Assembly: GCA_047456315.1 (NCBI GenBank) | Contig: CP179889.1 | Coordinates: 384,776 to 448,775, forward strand | Source of the DNA: Candidatus Nealsonbacteria bacterium | GTDB lineage: Bacteria > Patescibacteriota > Minisyncoccia > Minisyncoccales > JANBVM01 | Reading direction: 5' to 3' | Length of the DNA: 64,000 nucleotides | Part shown: positions 18,647-27,495 of the stretch, piece by piece | Numbering within the stretch: the stretch's first letter is position 1 | Layout of the letters: each line of letters starts with the position of its first letter | Notes under the pieces: model-generated | Database searches by the model: none | What the model was told of the DNA's origin: nothing | Seen by the model: the letters and a program-made list of their open reading frames with translations, nothing else | Translations under genes and position numbers: made by a program

Positions 18647-19498
18647 ATGAAGTTTTTTATGAGAGCTATTTTTTCAAAAAAGAAAATATTAAAATCAGCA
18701 ATTTCTCCCTTTGATCAATATTGTACTGGATATCCAGGACAGGGAACCCACATAACTGCTTTGGTTATGGAAATAGGAAGTTTTAAAGAATCTTTTAGTC
18801 ATCTTGGTTCAAAGAAACTGGATTCTATTGTTGCATATGATAAGGCAGAAGTTGGTAGCGCGTATATAGGACAAATAAATATGAGCGTTGTTTCTTCATT
18901 TTGTGGACCTCAAGGGTTAATTTGGGGCTATGATATCGCAAAAAAAGAAGGTACTGGTTTACCTTCTTTTTTATCAAAAAACGGTCTTAAAAAATTTAGA
19001 GGAATAAAGATTAAAAATGGGAAAAATTTAAGAGAAGCCACTGAAGCGCTTTTTGGCACTAATAACGAGCGTCACTTCCCATTTTTACCAGGAACTCATG
19101 TTCCTTGTGCTGTAAAGCTTTACTACAAATCAGGACCTGCTTATTTATATGGAACAGCGGCTATCGGAATACCTGAAGACAGAAACAACGCTGCTTGTTT
19201 ATTTATGGAAGACGTAGGAGAAATAATTACAGAACAGCAAAACATAGATGATATTAAAGAGAAAGTTTATGTAAATACAATCCAGAGCATTATAGAAATA
19301 GGAAAAAATCAAGGAGTAAAATACAGTGAGATTTTTGTGGATTTTATATCAAAAAAAATTAAAAGTGGAGAGAGAGGCTGTGTTTTAGTGGCCATACCTT
19401 ATTTTCAATTAGCCCAAAAAGCTTTTAATAGGAAATTAGCTGAGCAGAATATATTAGAGTGGGTTGATAAAAGTAAAAAATATTTTTTACATAATTAA
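18647..19498 (+). CDS. hdcA: pyruvoyl-dependent histidine decarboxylase proenzyme homologue
   Basis: By-eye alignment to Lactobacillus 30a HdcA (recalled from memory): ISPFDQY.TGY, IVAYDKAE..SAYIGQINMSVVSSFCGPQG (Ser-Ser cleavage site), LFMEDVG. Confidence 0.8.
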   Translation: MKFFMRAIFSKKKILKSAISPFDQYCTGYPGQGTHITALVMEIGSFKESFSHLGSKKLDSIVAYDKAEVGSAYIGQINMSVVSSFCGPQGLIWGYDIAKKEGTGLPSFLSKNGLKKFRGIKIKNGKNLREATEALFGTNNERHFPFLPGTHVPCAVKLYYKSGPAYLYGTAAIGIPEDRNNAACLFMEDVGEIITEQQNIDDIKEKVYVNTIQSIIEIGKNQGVKYSEIFVDFISKKIKSGERGCVLVAIPYFQLAQKAFNRKLAEQNILEWVDKSKKYFLHN

Positions 19499-21120
19499 TG
19501 TCCTTAATAGAAAGTTTAATTTACCTTATATCAATTTTCTGTAATTTTTTATTGGCTAGCTTTGTATTATTAAAAAGTAGAAGGGAAAAAGTAAATAAAA
19601 CCTTTTTTCTTAGCGTAATATCTGCAAACGCCTGGCTGATATCTCTTTTTTTATATTACAGCTTTGAAAACCCGGAATGGGTATTGTGGTTGGGAAGAAT
19701 TAATTTTGCAATGGTTCTTCCAATTTTGTATTATTTATTGAAATTTGCAGTGGTTTTTCCTACTGAGTCTATTTTTAAGTTTAACAAAATAACTAAATAT
19801 TTGATCCCTTTATTCCTAATTCTTTTTATTCTAACAATTTTTACGCCATTGGTGGCTAAGGAGGAAATTATAACCGGGCTCGGACAAAGAGAAACTATTT
19901 ACGGACAATTATACGGTTTTTATATTATCAACTATTTTTTGGTTTCTTTCTTTGTTGGATTAATTTTATTCTTAAAACTAAAGAAGTACGAAAAAACAAC
20001 TGAAAAACTTCAGATAAGATATGTATTAGTGGGTCTGATTATATCTTTAATTTTTGGTTTTATTACGAATATTATACTTCCTTATCTTGGCTTTTTTAAT
20101 ATGGCCAACTATGGCCCATTAGCTACTATTATATTCTCAATTTTTGTTACTGTTGCAATTGCAAAACATCATCTTTTTGAAATCAAGGTAGTTCTGGTCG
20201 AGCTATTCGTAGTGGTAATAGCGTTAATTTTGTTTATTCAGGCTTGGATAAATGAAAGTGCTTGGTTAAGGGTTTTAAATTGGAGTGTTTTTACTCTATT
20301 TTGTATTTTTGGATATTACTTAATTAGAGCCACAATAGAAGAAATAAGAAGAAGGGAGCAGATTGAAAGGATAAGCAAAGATTTAGAGAAGGCATATAGA
20401 GAATTGAAAAAACTTGATATTGCTAAATCAGAATTTATCTCCATTGCATCTCATCAGTTAAGAACTCCTTTAACAGCAATCAAGGGATATATTTCTTTAA
20501 TAACAGATAAAACCTACGGAATATTTCCCTCTAAAATGGAAAAGCCTTTGACTAATATCTATGCTTCTGTAGAAAGATTAATAAAATTAGTTAATGACCT
20601 TTTAAGTATTTCGAGAATTGAGGCTGGAAAAATAAAAGTTGAACCAGAAGAATTCCTTTTAGAAGAGTTAATCACTGATATATTAGAAGAATTAAGAAAT
20701 CTAGCAAAAGCAAAGAATCTTTATATTAGATTAGAAAAACAAGAAGAGCCCTGCAATAAAGTTTTTTTGGATGTAGCTAAGATAAGGCAGGTGATTTTAA
20801 ATATTGTTGATAATGGGATAAAATATACTCAGGCAGGCGGAATAACAATAACTTATGGTCAGGATAAGGATTTGTGTAAAATCGAAATAAAAGATACAGG
20901 CGCAGGCATGACTAAATCAGAGATATCCATGTTATTTAAAACCTTTTCAAGAGGAGTTGCTGGCCAAAAAACCTGGACAGAAGGAGCAGGTTTAGGGCTA
21001 TATATTGCCAAACAGTTTACAGAAATGCATAATGGAAAAATATGGGTAAAGAGCGCTGGTAATAAAAAAGGTTCCACATTTTATATAGAACTACCTATAA
21101 AATATGAAGAAAAAATCTAA
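19498..21120 (+). CDS. sensor histidine kinase with polytopic N-terminal domain
   Basis: About 7 TM segments, H-box SHQLRTPLT, N box, DTGAGM and GAGLGL boxes. ATG overlaps the hdcA stop (TAATG). Confidence 0.9.
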   Translation: MSLIESLIYLISIFCNFLLASFVLLKSRREKVNKTFFLSVISANAWLISLFLYYSFENPEWVLWLGRINFAMVLPILYYLLKFAVVFPTESIFKFNKITKYLIPLFLILFILTIFTPLVAKEEIITGLGQRETIYGQLYGFYIINYFLVSFFVGLILFLKLKKYEKTTEKLQIRYVLVGLIISLIFGFITNIILPYLGFFNMANYGPLATIIFSIFVTVAIAKHHLFEIKVVLVELFVVVIALILFIQAWINESAWLRVLNWSVFTLFCIFGYYLIRATIEEIRRREQIERISKDLEKAYRELKKLDIAKSEFISIASHQLRTPLTAIKGYISLITDKTYGIFPSKMEKPLTNIYASVERLIKLVNDLLSISRIEAGKIKVEPEEFLLEELITDILEELRNLAKAKNLYIRLEKQEEPCNKVFLDVAKIRQVILNIVDNGIKYTQAGGITITYGQDKDLCKIEIKDTGAGMTKSEISMLFKTFSRGVAGQKTWTEGAGLGLYIAKQFTEMHNGKIWVKSAGNKKGSTFYIELPIKYEEKI

Positions 21121-21484
21121 AAAGAAAATCCTAATTATTGAGGATGAGAAAATATTAGCAGAAATGTATCATGACACCTTTATTAATGCTGGTTTTGAAG
21201 TAATTTCAGCTGTTGAAGCAAGCGAGGGTTTGGTAATAGCTAAAAAAGAAAAACCAGATTTAATTATTTTAGATATTCTGCTTCCTGGTGAAAATGGAAT
21301 AGTTTTTTTGAAAAAATTAAGAGAAGAATCTGCGATTTCCTCTATTTCAATAGTAGTTTTCACAAACTATGATGATTCAGCAACACAGAGAAAAGCAAGA
21401 GATCTTGGAGTTAAGGATTATTTGATTAAGGCAAATTTTACGCCCAAGCAATTTGTTGAAAAGATTAAGCGCTATCTAAAATAA
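21104..21484 (+). CDS. response regulator, receiver domain only
   Basis: ILIIEDE...DLIILDILLPGENG...VVFTN...KDYLIKA. No output domain. Overlaps the kinase gene by 17 nt. Confidence 0.9.
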   Translation: MKKKSKKKILIIEDEKILAEMYHDTFINAGFEVISAVEASEGLVIAKKEKPDLIILDILLPGENGIVFLKKLREESAISSISIVVFTNYDDSATQRKARDLGVKDYLIKANFTPKQFVEKIKRYLK

Positions 21485-21536
21485 CATTAATTCCACTGTC
21501 TTTTAGCTTTATCAAACAGAGCTTTTTTAATTACTT

Positions 21537-22931
21537 ATGAAAAGAATACTTTCAAGCGAAACAACTAAATATTTAAACAAAGAGGTTAAAGTTTCTGGCT
21601 GGATTCACAGTATAAGGTCTCATGGCAAGATAATCTTTGCTGATTTAAGAGATAGCAAAGGTCTTTTGCAGTTAGTTTTTACTCCCCAAAACAATGATGT
21701 TTATAAATTATCACAGGAGCTGAAGCCAGAGTGGGTGATTTCAGTTGAGGGCAATATCAAGGAAAGACCAAAAGAAATGATAAATCCTAAGATTGAAACA
21801 GGAAAAATTGAGCTTTTAGTGGAAAGTTTAGATGTTTTATCAAAAGCCAAAACATTGCCTTTTCCAATTGATACTGATGGTTATGAGATAGACGAGAAGA
21901 AAAGGATGAAATATCGTTATCTAGATTTAAGAAGAGAGAGGTTAAAAGGAAATATGGAAATCAGGCAGAAAGTAATCCAGTTTATGAGAAACTTTCTTAT
22001 TGATAAAGATTTTTTAGAAATTGAAACTCCAATTTTAACAAAATCCACTCCTGAAGGGGCAAGGGATTTTTTAGTTCCTTCAAGAACTTACCCAGGCAAA
22101 TTTTATGCTCTTCCTCAAAGCCCGCAGCAGTACAAACAGATTTTAATGGTTTCTGGTGTTGAAAAATACTTTCAGATTGCCAGATGTTTTAGAGACGAAG
22201 ATCCAAGAGGTGACAGGCAGGCTGAATTTACCCAGCTGGACATTGAAATGTCTTTTATTGAACAAGAAGATATTATGAGTTTAATAGAAGAGCTTTACAT
22301 TTCTTTAGTTAAAGAATTATTTCCTGAAAAGAAAGTCACTAAAACTCCTTTTCCCAGGATGACTTACAAACAAGCAATGGAAAAATACAATACTGATAAG
22401 CCGGACTTAAGAAAGAATAAGAAAGATAAAAATGAGCTGAGCTTTGGTTTTGTTATTGATTTCCCGCTTTTTGAATGGAAAGAAAGGGAAAAAAGATTTA
22501 ATGCGGAACATCATCCTTTCACTCGTCCTCAGGAAGAGGATATTAAAAAGATAAAAAAGAATCCTGATAAAATCTTAGCTCATCAGTATGATTTGGTTTT
22601 AAATGGTCACGAGGTTGGAGGAGGGAGTTTAAGAATCCATAAACCAGAGATGCTTGAAGCAATCTTTGAGATAATGGGTCATGATAAAGAAGAAATAAGG
22701 GAGAGATTCGGTCATTTACTGGAAGCTTTTAAATATGGGGTTCCTCCTCATGGAGGCATTGCTTCAGGAATTGATAGATTTTTAGCCATAGTTTTAAACG
22801 AACCAAGTATCAGAGAAGTAATTGTTTTTCCTAAAACAGGTGAGAATCGCGGTTTGATGATGGACACCCCATCAGAAGTTAGCAAGGAACAGCTTAAAGA
22901 GTTAAGATTGAAGATAAATCGAAAAAAGTAA
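21537..22931 (+). CDS. aspS: aspartate--tRNA ligase, bacterial type lacking the GAD insertion domain
   Basis: QSPQQYKQILM, FRDEDPRGDRQAEFTQLDIEMSF, GGGSLRIH, PPHGGIASGIDR. Only 464 aa. Confidence 0.92.
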   Translation: MKRILSSETTKYLNKEVKVSGWIHSIRSHGKIIFADLRDSKGLLQLVFTPQNNDVYKLSQELKPEWVISVEGNIKERPKEMINPKIETGKIELLVESLDVLSKAKTLPFPIDTDGYEIDEKKRMKYRYLDLRRERLKGNMEIRQKVIQFMRNFLIDKDFLEIETPILTKSTPEGARDFLVPSRTYPGKFYALPQSPQQYKQILMVSGVEKYFQIARCFRDEDPRGDRQAEFTQLDIEMSFIEQEDIMSLIEELYISLVKELFPEKKVTKTPFPRMTYKQAMEKYNTDKPDLRKNKKDKNELSFGFVIDFPLFEWKEREKRFNAEHHPFTRPQEEDIKKIKKNPDKILAHQYDLVLNGHEVGGGSLRIHKPEMLEAIFEIMGHDKEEIRERFGHLLEAFKYGVPPHGGIASGIDRFLAIVLNEPSIREVIVFPKTGENRGLMMDTPSEVSKEQLKELRLKINRKK

Positions 22932-22946
22932 ATAACAATTGTTTTA

Positions 22947-23855
22947 ATGAACAAAAATATTAAGTTTTTTTTAACGTCTTTTATTTTAAGCCTGTTTTTC
23001 TTTTTGGGGATAAACTCTTTTCAAGTAAGGGTAGAGAGGTTCTTTTATGCTCAGATTACCCAGCCTTTTCAGAATCTTGCTTTAGTTGATTTATCAAACA
23101 TACCAGAAAAACCAAGGCCAGATATTGAAGCAGAATCTGTTATCTCGGTTAAAATTAACAAATCAGGAAAAGAAAGGTTTCTTTTGCGAAGGAAAATTGA
23201 TGAACCGCTTTCAATTGCTTCTTTGACTAAATTAATGACAGCTTTAGTTGTTATTGAAAACAATCCTGATTTATCCAAAACAATAACTATTTCCAGGGAT
23301 GCAGAAAATAAATACAATGTTCCGATATATGGAAACTTAAAAACAGGCCAGAAAGTTTCACTGGAAAATCTTTTGAATTTAATGCTTCATTATTCAAGCA
23401 ATGACGCAGCCTTTGCTTTAGCGGAATCTGTTGGCTTGAATAATTTTATTGAGAAAATGAACCAAAAAGCTAAGGATTTAGGTTTGGAAAACACTCATTT
23501 TATCAATCCTACTGGCCTTGATCCTCAAGATATTGATACAGTGCCCAACTATTCAACCAGCTATGATTTAATGCTTCTTTCAAAGTATATTTTAAAGAAT
23601 CATCCTTTTTTATTTGAGCTTTCTTTAGAGAATGGACCATATTTAATTGAAAACGGAGTATTGGACTTGCATATTTTAGACAGCCAGATAATTATAGGTG
23701 GGAAAACTGGATATACTGAAAAAGCAGGCGGGTGTATGCTTTTTGTTTTTTCTGATCAGAATGAAAATTATTTTATTAACTTAGTGCTGGGCACTGAATC
23801 ACCTCAGAAAAGAATTGAAGAAATGCAAAAGCTAATTAACTGGATAAACTTATAA
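22947..23855 (+). CDS. D-alanyl-D-alanine carboxypeptidase (S11 PBP)
   Basis: N-terminal TM; SxxK (SLTK), SxN (SSND) and KTG (GKTGYT) motifs. Confidence 0.85.
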   Translation: MNKNIKFFLTSFILSLFFFLGINSFQVRVERFFYAQITQPFQNLALVDLSNIPEKPRPDIEAESVISVKINKSGKERFLLRRKIDEPLSIASLTKLMTALVVIENNPDLSKTITISRDAENKYNVPIYGNLKTGQKVSLENLLNLMLHYSSNDAAFALAESVGLNNFIEKMNQKAKDLGLENTHFINPTGLDPQDIDTVPNYSTSYDLMLLSKYILKNHPFLFELSLENGPYLIENGVLDLHILDSQIIIGGKTGYTEKAGGCMLFVFSDQNENYFINLVLGTESPQKRIEEMQKLINWINL

Positions 23856-24938
23856 ATGACTCTTTTTACTTTTAATGTAATTCGACTTTTAATATTATCA
23901 GTAATAAGCGCTGGAATTTCTTTTATTTGGGCGCCTTTTTTAATAAAGCTTTTAAGGAGAATTAAATTCTGGAAGAAAAAAGCTAGAACTAGAACAATAA
24001 CCAATGAAGAGGCCAAGGTTTTTTATTCTTTACACAAAGACAATAAAACAAAGGTGCCAAGAGGCGGTGGTCTTTTAATCTGGCTTTCAGTTCTTGCAAT
24101 GATACTATTGTTTTTTGCTTTGTCATATATTGATGATCCCTGGTGGCTGAAAAAAGTGAATTTTCTGTCTCGTAGCGAAACATGGCTTCCTTTGTTTGCC
24201 TTAGTTGCAGGTTCAGTTGTAGGATTAATTGATGACGCTTTAACTGTTTTCGGAAAAGGTAAATATGTTGGCGGAGGAATGAGTTTTATAAGAAGATTAA
24301 TGATTGTTATTTTAATAGGATTAATTGGCGGCTGGTGGTTTTATGTTAAGCTTGCCAAAAACACAATTCACATTCCTTTGATATATAATTTTCCAGAAGG
24401 AATAAACTTTCTTATTGGTTGGTGGTATATTCCTTTGTTTGTTTTGGTGATGCTTGCCTCCTGGGCAGGAGGTGTGATTGACGGGATAGATGGCCTGGCA
24501 GGAGGAATTTTTGCTTCAATCTTTGCTGGTTTTGCTGTTATTGCTTTTACTCAACAAAAAGCTGATTTAGCAACGTTTTGCGCAATAATTTCTGGAACTT
24601 TATTTGCTTTTTTATGGTTTAACATACCTCCAGCTAAATTCTATATGGGAGAAACAGGTGTTTTGGGCTTAACCTCAACAATGACAGTGGTTGCTTTTTT
24701 AACTGATTCAATAATGGTTTTGCCAATTATTGCCGGGATCATTGTAATTGAGGTTGGTTCAATAGTAATTCAGCTTTTGTCTAAAAAATTTCGGGGTAAA
24801 AAAATATGGCTTTGCACTCCAATCCACCATCATTTTGAAGCAAGAGGCTGGCCGTCATATAATGTGACAATGAGGTTTTGGCTTTTGAATTTGGTTTTTG
24901 TGTTTTTAGGAGTAGCAATTAAGCTTTTTGCAGGTTAA
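23856..24938 (+). CDS. mraY: phospho-N-acetylmuramoyl-pentapeptide transferase
   Basis: Polytopic protein with MraY blocks (VPRGGGL, DDALTV, GVIDGIDGLAGG, HHHFE). Confidence 0.92.
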   Translation: MTLFTFNVIRLLILSVISAGISFIWAPFLIKLLRRIKFWKKKARTRTITNEEAKVFYSLHKDNKTKVPRGGGLLIWLSVLAMILLFFALSYIDDPWWLKKVNFLSRSETWLPLFALVAGSVVGLIDDALTVFGKGKYVGGGMSFIRRLMIVILIGLIGGWWFYVKLAKNTIHIPLIYNFPEGINFLIGWWYIPLFVLVMLASWAGGVIDGIDGLAGGIFASIFAGFAVIAFTQQKADLATFCAIISGTLFAFLWFNIPPAKFYMGETGVLGLTSTMTVVAFLTDSIMVLPIIAGIIVIEVGSIVIQLLSKKFRGKKIWLCTPIHHHFEARGWPSYNVTMRFWLLNLVFVFLGVAIKLFAG

Positions 24939-24942
24939 ATAT

Positions 24943-26334
24943 ATGAAACCAGTGGTCTTGAGAAAAAAATACCCTAAGTTTGTTTATGTTGGGTACTCAT
25001 ACAAGATTTCAAACAATAATTTGGAAATTTTTTTTGATTTTAAAATTGAACCGGATATTGTTTTTAAACCAAAAATAACTATTGAAAACATTAATAAAAA
25101 CAATCTTGAGAAAATAGGGAAAAGCGTATTAAATAACCTAGTGTTTAATTTAGGATTGATTGAAACGATAAGCTACTGGAAAGCAACATGTTCAGAAGAG
25201 ATTGAAATTAGAGCTGGTAGTTTAAATAAAGAGCAAATTAGGTGGTTCAAAGATTTAATAACAAATGGAATGGGCCAGTTTTTTTATGAAAACAAACTTA
25301 GTTTTAAAATTGTTGATTCTTTGAAAATTATTTCGAAGAATAATAGAGTAAAAGATTCTGAGATTTTTAAACAAAAATTAAGCAATCAAATCTTAATTCC
25401 AATAGGAGGAGGCAAAGATTCAATAGTGGGCTTGGAAATTCTTAAGAAATCAAAATGTCCTTTAACTTGTTTTTCATTAAATCCGACTGATAATGCTAAA
25501 AAAATATTAAAGGTAGGTGGCTGTAAAGAACCAATTATTGTTAAGCGGAAAATTGATCCTAAATTGCTCGAATTAAACAGAAAAGGTTTTTTAAACGGTC
25601 ATACTCCGTTTTCAGCTTATTTAGCTTTTTTAACAATTTTAATTGGTGTGATTTATGATTATAAGTACATTGCTTTTTCAAATGAAAGAAGTTCAAATGA
25701 GGGAAATGTAAAGTATTTAGGAAAAACTATTAATCATCAATATTCAAAAAGCTTTGATTTTGAAAAGAAATTCAGAAATTATTCAAAAAAATATTTAGCT
25801 CAAGATATTGAATATTTCAGTTTTCTAAGGCCTTTATATGAAATTCAGATTGCAGCGTTATTTTCTAAATATTTTAATAAATATGGTAATCTTTTTTTAA
25901 GCTGTAATGAAGCTTATAAGACATATTCGGGAAAAAGAAGACCAATTAAAAAGTGGTGTGGTAAATGCTCCAAATGCTTGTTTGTGTTTTCAATTTTATA
26001 TCCATTTATTGAAACTAAAAAGCTGATTGAAGTTTTTGGAAAAAATCTTTTTGAAAGTAAAGAATTAGTTGGTTTAATGAAAGAATTAATAGGGGAGAGT
26101 AAGTTCAAGCCTTTTGAGTGTGTTGGCACAAAAAAAGAAAGCTTAGTGGCTTTCTACTTAAGTTTGAAAAAAGCCAAAAAAGAAGAAAAGAAACTGCCTT
26201 ATCTTTTAAAATATTTCGAAAAGTATACATTAGCAAAACGTTCTGGGTTAAAAAAAGAATCAGAAAATATAATGAATTCTTGGAACAAAGAACATGTTTT
26301 ATCTAAGAGGTTTACAAAATACTTAAAAACTTAA
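24943..26334 (+). CDS. PP-loop ATPase in dcw cluster, MurL-like (putative UDP-MurNAc-L-Ala-L-Glu epimerase)
   Basis: PP-loop IPIGGGKDS, CGKCSKC motif, about 460 aa. Sits between mraY and (after an insertion) murD. Family assignment is an inference. Confidence 0.5.
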   Translation: MKPVVLRKKYPKFVYVGYSYKISNNNLEIFFDFKIEPDIVFKPKITIENINKNNLEKIGKSVLNNLVFNLGLIETISYWKATCSEEIEIRAGSLNKEQIRWFKDLITNGMGQFFYENKLSFKIVDSLKIISKNNRVKDSEIFKQKLSNQILIPIGGGKDSIVGLEILKKSKCPLTCFSLNPTDNAKKILKVGGCKEPIIVKRKIDPKLLELNRKGFLNGHTPFSAYLAFLTILIGVIYDYKYIAFSNERSSNEGNVKYLGKTINHQYSKSFDFEKKFRNYSKKYLAQDIEYFSFLRPLYEIQIAALFSKYFNKYGNLFLSCNEAYKTYSGKRRPIKKWCGKCSKCLFVFSILYPFIETKKLIEVFGKNLFESKELVGLMKELIGESKFKPFECVGTKKESLVAFYLSLKKAKKEEKKLPYLLKYFEKYTLAKRSGLKKESENIMNSWNKEHVLSKRFTKYLKT

Positions 26335-26488
26335 AGTTCTTTAATAATAAATTTGTTGCTTTACAGGTAAGTATGTAGTCTTGACAAGTAAACGTTTTAA
26401 AAGAGATAATGAAAGTGATAAAAGGTCGATAACAATTAAGTGATTTTAATAATTAAGAAATCGCTTTTTTTTAATTATTATTAAAAAT

Positions 26489-27037
26489 ATGGTAGCAGAG
26501 ATTTTACAATTTTTGGCAGATTGGGGTTTTACAAAAGAAGCTATAATGCCATTATTAGTTCTTGGTTTACTTGCTTATCTTTTATTTACAAAGAAATTAA
26601 ACAAATTATTAAATCCAATTAAGTTTGCAATAGTTGAAATTCAAACCATATTTAAAATCAATAAAATACCACTTGAACATTACTTAGCAGCGACAAGTGA
26701 TAGTCCATTAAAACCAACAGAATTTGGTTGGAAATTACTCAAAGAAAGTGGTTTAAATGAGTTATTGGAAAAAAAGCAAGAATATTTTTTAAAAATTCTG
26801 AATGATAAATTAAAAGACATCACACCTTATACTGATTATGATGTTCAAGAAAAAGCAATTGAGTCATTAGTTGAATTAAAAAATGAACCAATAATAAATC
26901 CCATTAAAGACTACGCATTTCAAAATGGTATTGACGTAGAAGTAATTTTAAGAACAGGAGGATTAGTTCTAAGAGAAAAATATTTTAAGAAATATCCAAA
27001 GAATATCAAAAATGAAAAAAACGAAGTAAGTGTTTAA
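26489..27037 (+). CDS. hypothetical membrane-anchored protein
   Basis: 182 aa with an N-terminal TM segment and no recognised motif. Confidence 0.45.
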   Translation: MVAEILQFLADWGFTKEAIMPLLVLGLLAYLLFTKKLNKLLNPIKFAIVEIQTIFKINKIPLEHYLAATSDSPLKPTEFGWKLLKESGLNELLEKKQEYFLKILNDKLKDITPYTDYDVQEKAIESLVELKNEPIINPIKDYAFQNGIDVEVILRTGGLVLREKYFKKYPKNIKNEKNEVSV

Positions 27038-27066
27038 AAAGCAACTTCCAAAAGAAGTTGCTTTTT
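27038..27066 (+). terminator. intrinsic terminator
   Basis: AAAGCAACTTC-CAAAA-GAAGTTGCTTT stem-loop plus T-run. Confidence 0.75.
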
Positions 27067-27067
27067 G

Positions 27068-27080
27068 AGTTATCCACAGT
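27068..27080. repeat. left 13-bp terminal inverted repeat AGTTATCCACAGT
   Basis: Perfect inverted copy at 27496-27508. Contains the DnaA-box consensus TTATCCACA (27070-27078). Confidence 0.8.
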
Positions 27081-27086
27081 TGATCC

Positions 27087-27116
27087 TTGTATTGTTTTCT
27101 TGAAATGTGGTATAAT
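27087..27116 (+). promoter_or_regulatory. extended -10 promoter inside IR-bounded element
   Basis: TGgTATAAT at 27108-27116. Weak -35 TTGTAT at 27087-27092. Confidence 0.5.
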
Positions 27117-27185
27117 TTTCTAATGAGTATTGGTGGGTCGACAATAACTTATTAAAAATTAAAATCACAGGCCGTTTAAGAGTTT

Positions 27186-27301
27186 AAGCTTCTTATTTCG
27201 AAAGTGGGTGTTAGAGGTTAAGACCACTAATACTCAATAGTGTATGGCTTGTTGATTTAATAAGTTATACCTCTAATATTCACTTTCAAGGTAAGAAGTT
27301 T
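27186..27301 (+). ncRNA. long imperfect hairpin RNA (about 33-bp stem)
   Basis: Arms 27186-27218 and 27269-27301 pair with 7 G:U wobbles and 1 mismatch. The wobbles work only for a plus-strand transcript. A T-run follows. Confidence 0.5.
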
Positions 27302-27367
27302 TTCTTTAAAATCAAAACAAAAAATGCCCCCAAGTTTGAAATTAAGAACATTTTTTGTCTAATCATT

Positions 27368-27454
27368 GGAGAGGTATAAAGGTAAATGGCACCCCTTCTT
27401 ATTAACAATAAGTAAACCGTCTAGGTTTTATGGGTTCAAATCCCATCCTCTCCG
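27368..27454 (+). ncRNA. tRNA-like structure (Ser-type acceptor/T-arm, aberrant D and anticodon arms)
   Basis: GGAGAGG/CCTCTCC acceptor stem with G discriminator. ATGGG-TTCAAAT-CCCAT T-arm. AAACC/GGTTT long variable arm. No canonical 7-nt anticodon loop or D-stem. Confidence 0.4.
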
Positions 27455-27495
27455 TACGTCTTTTAATATTACCACAAGCCTTGTCAAGATACTAG

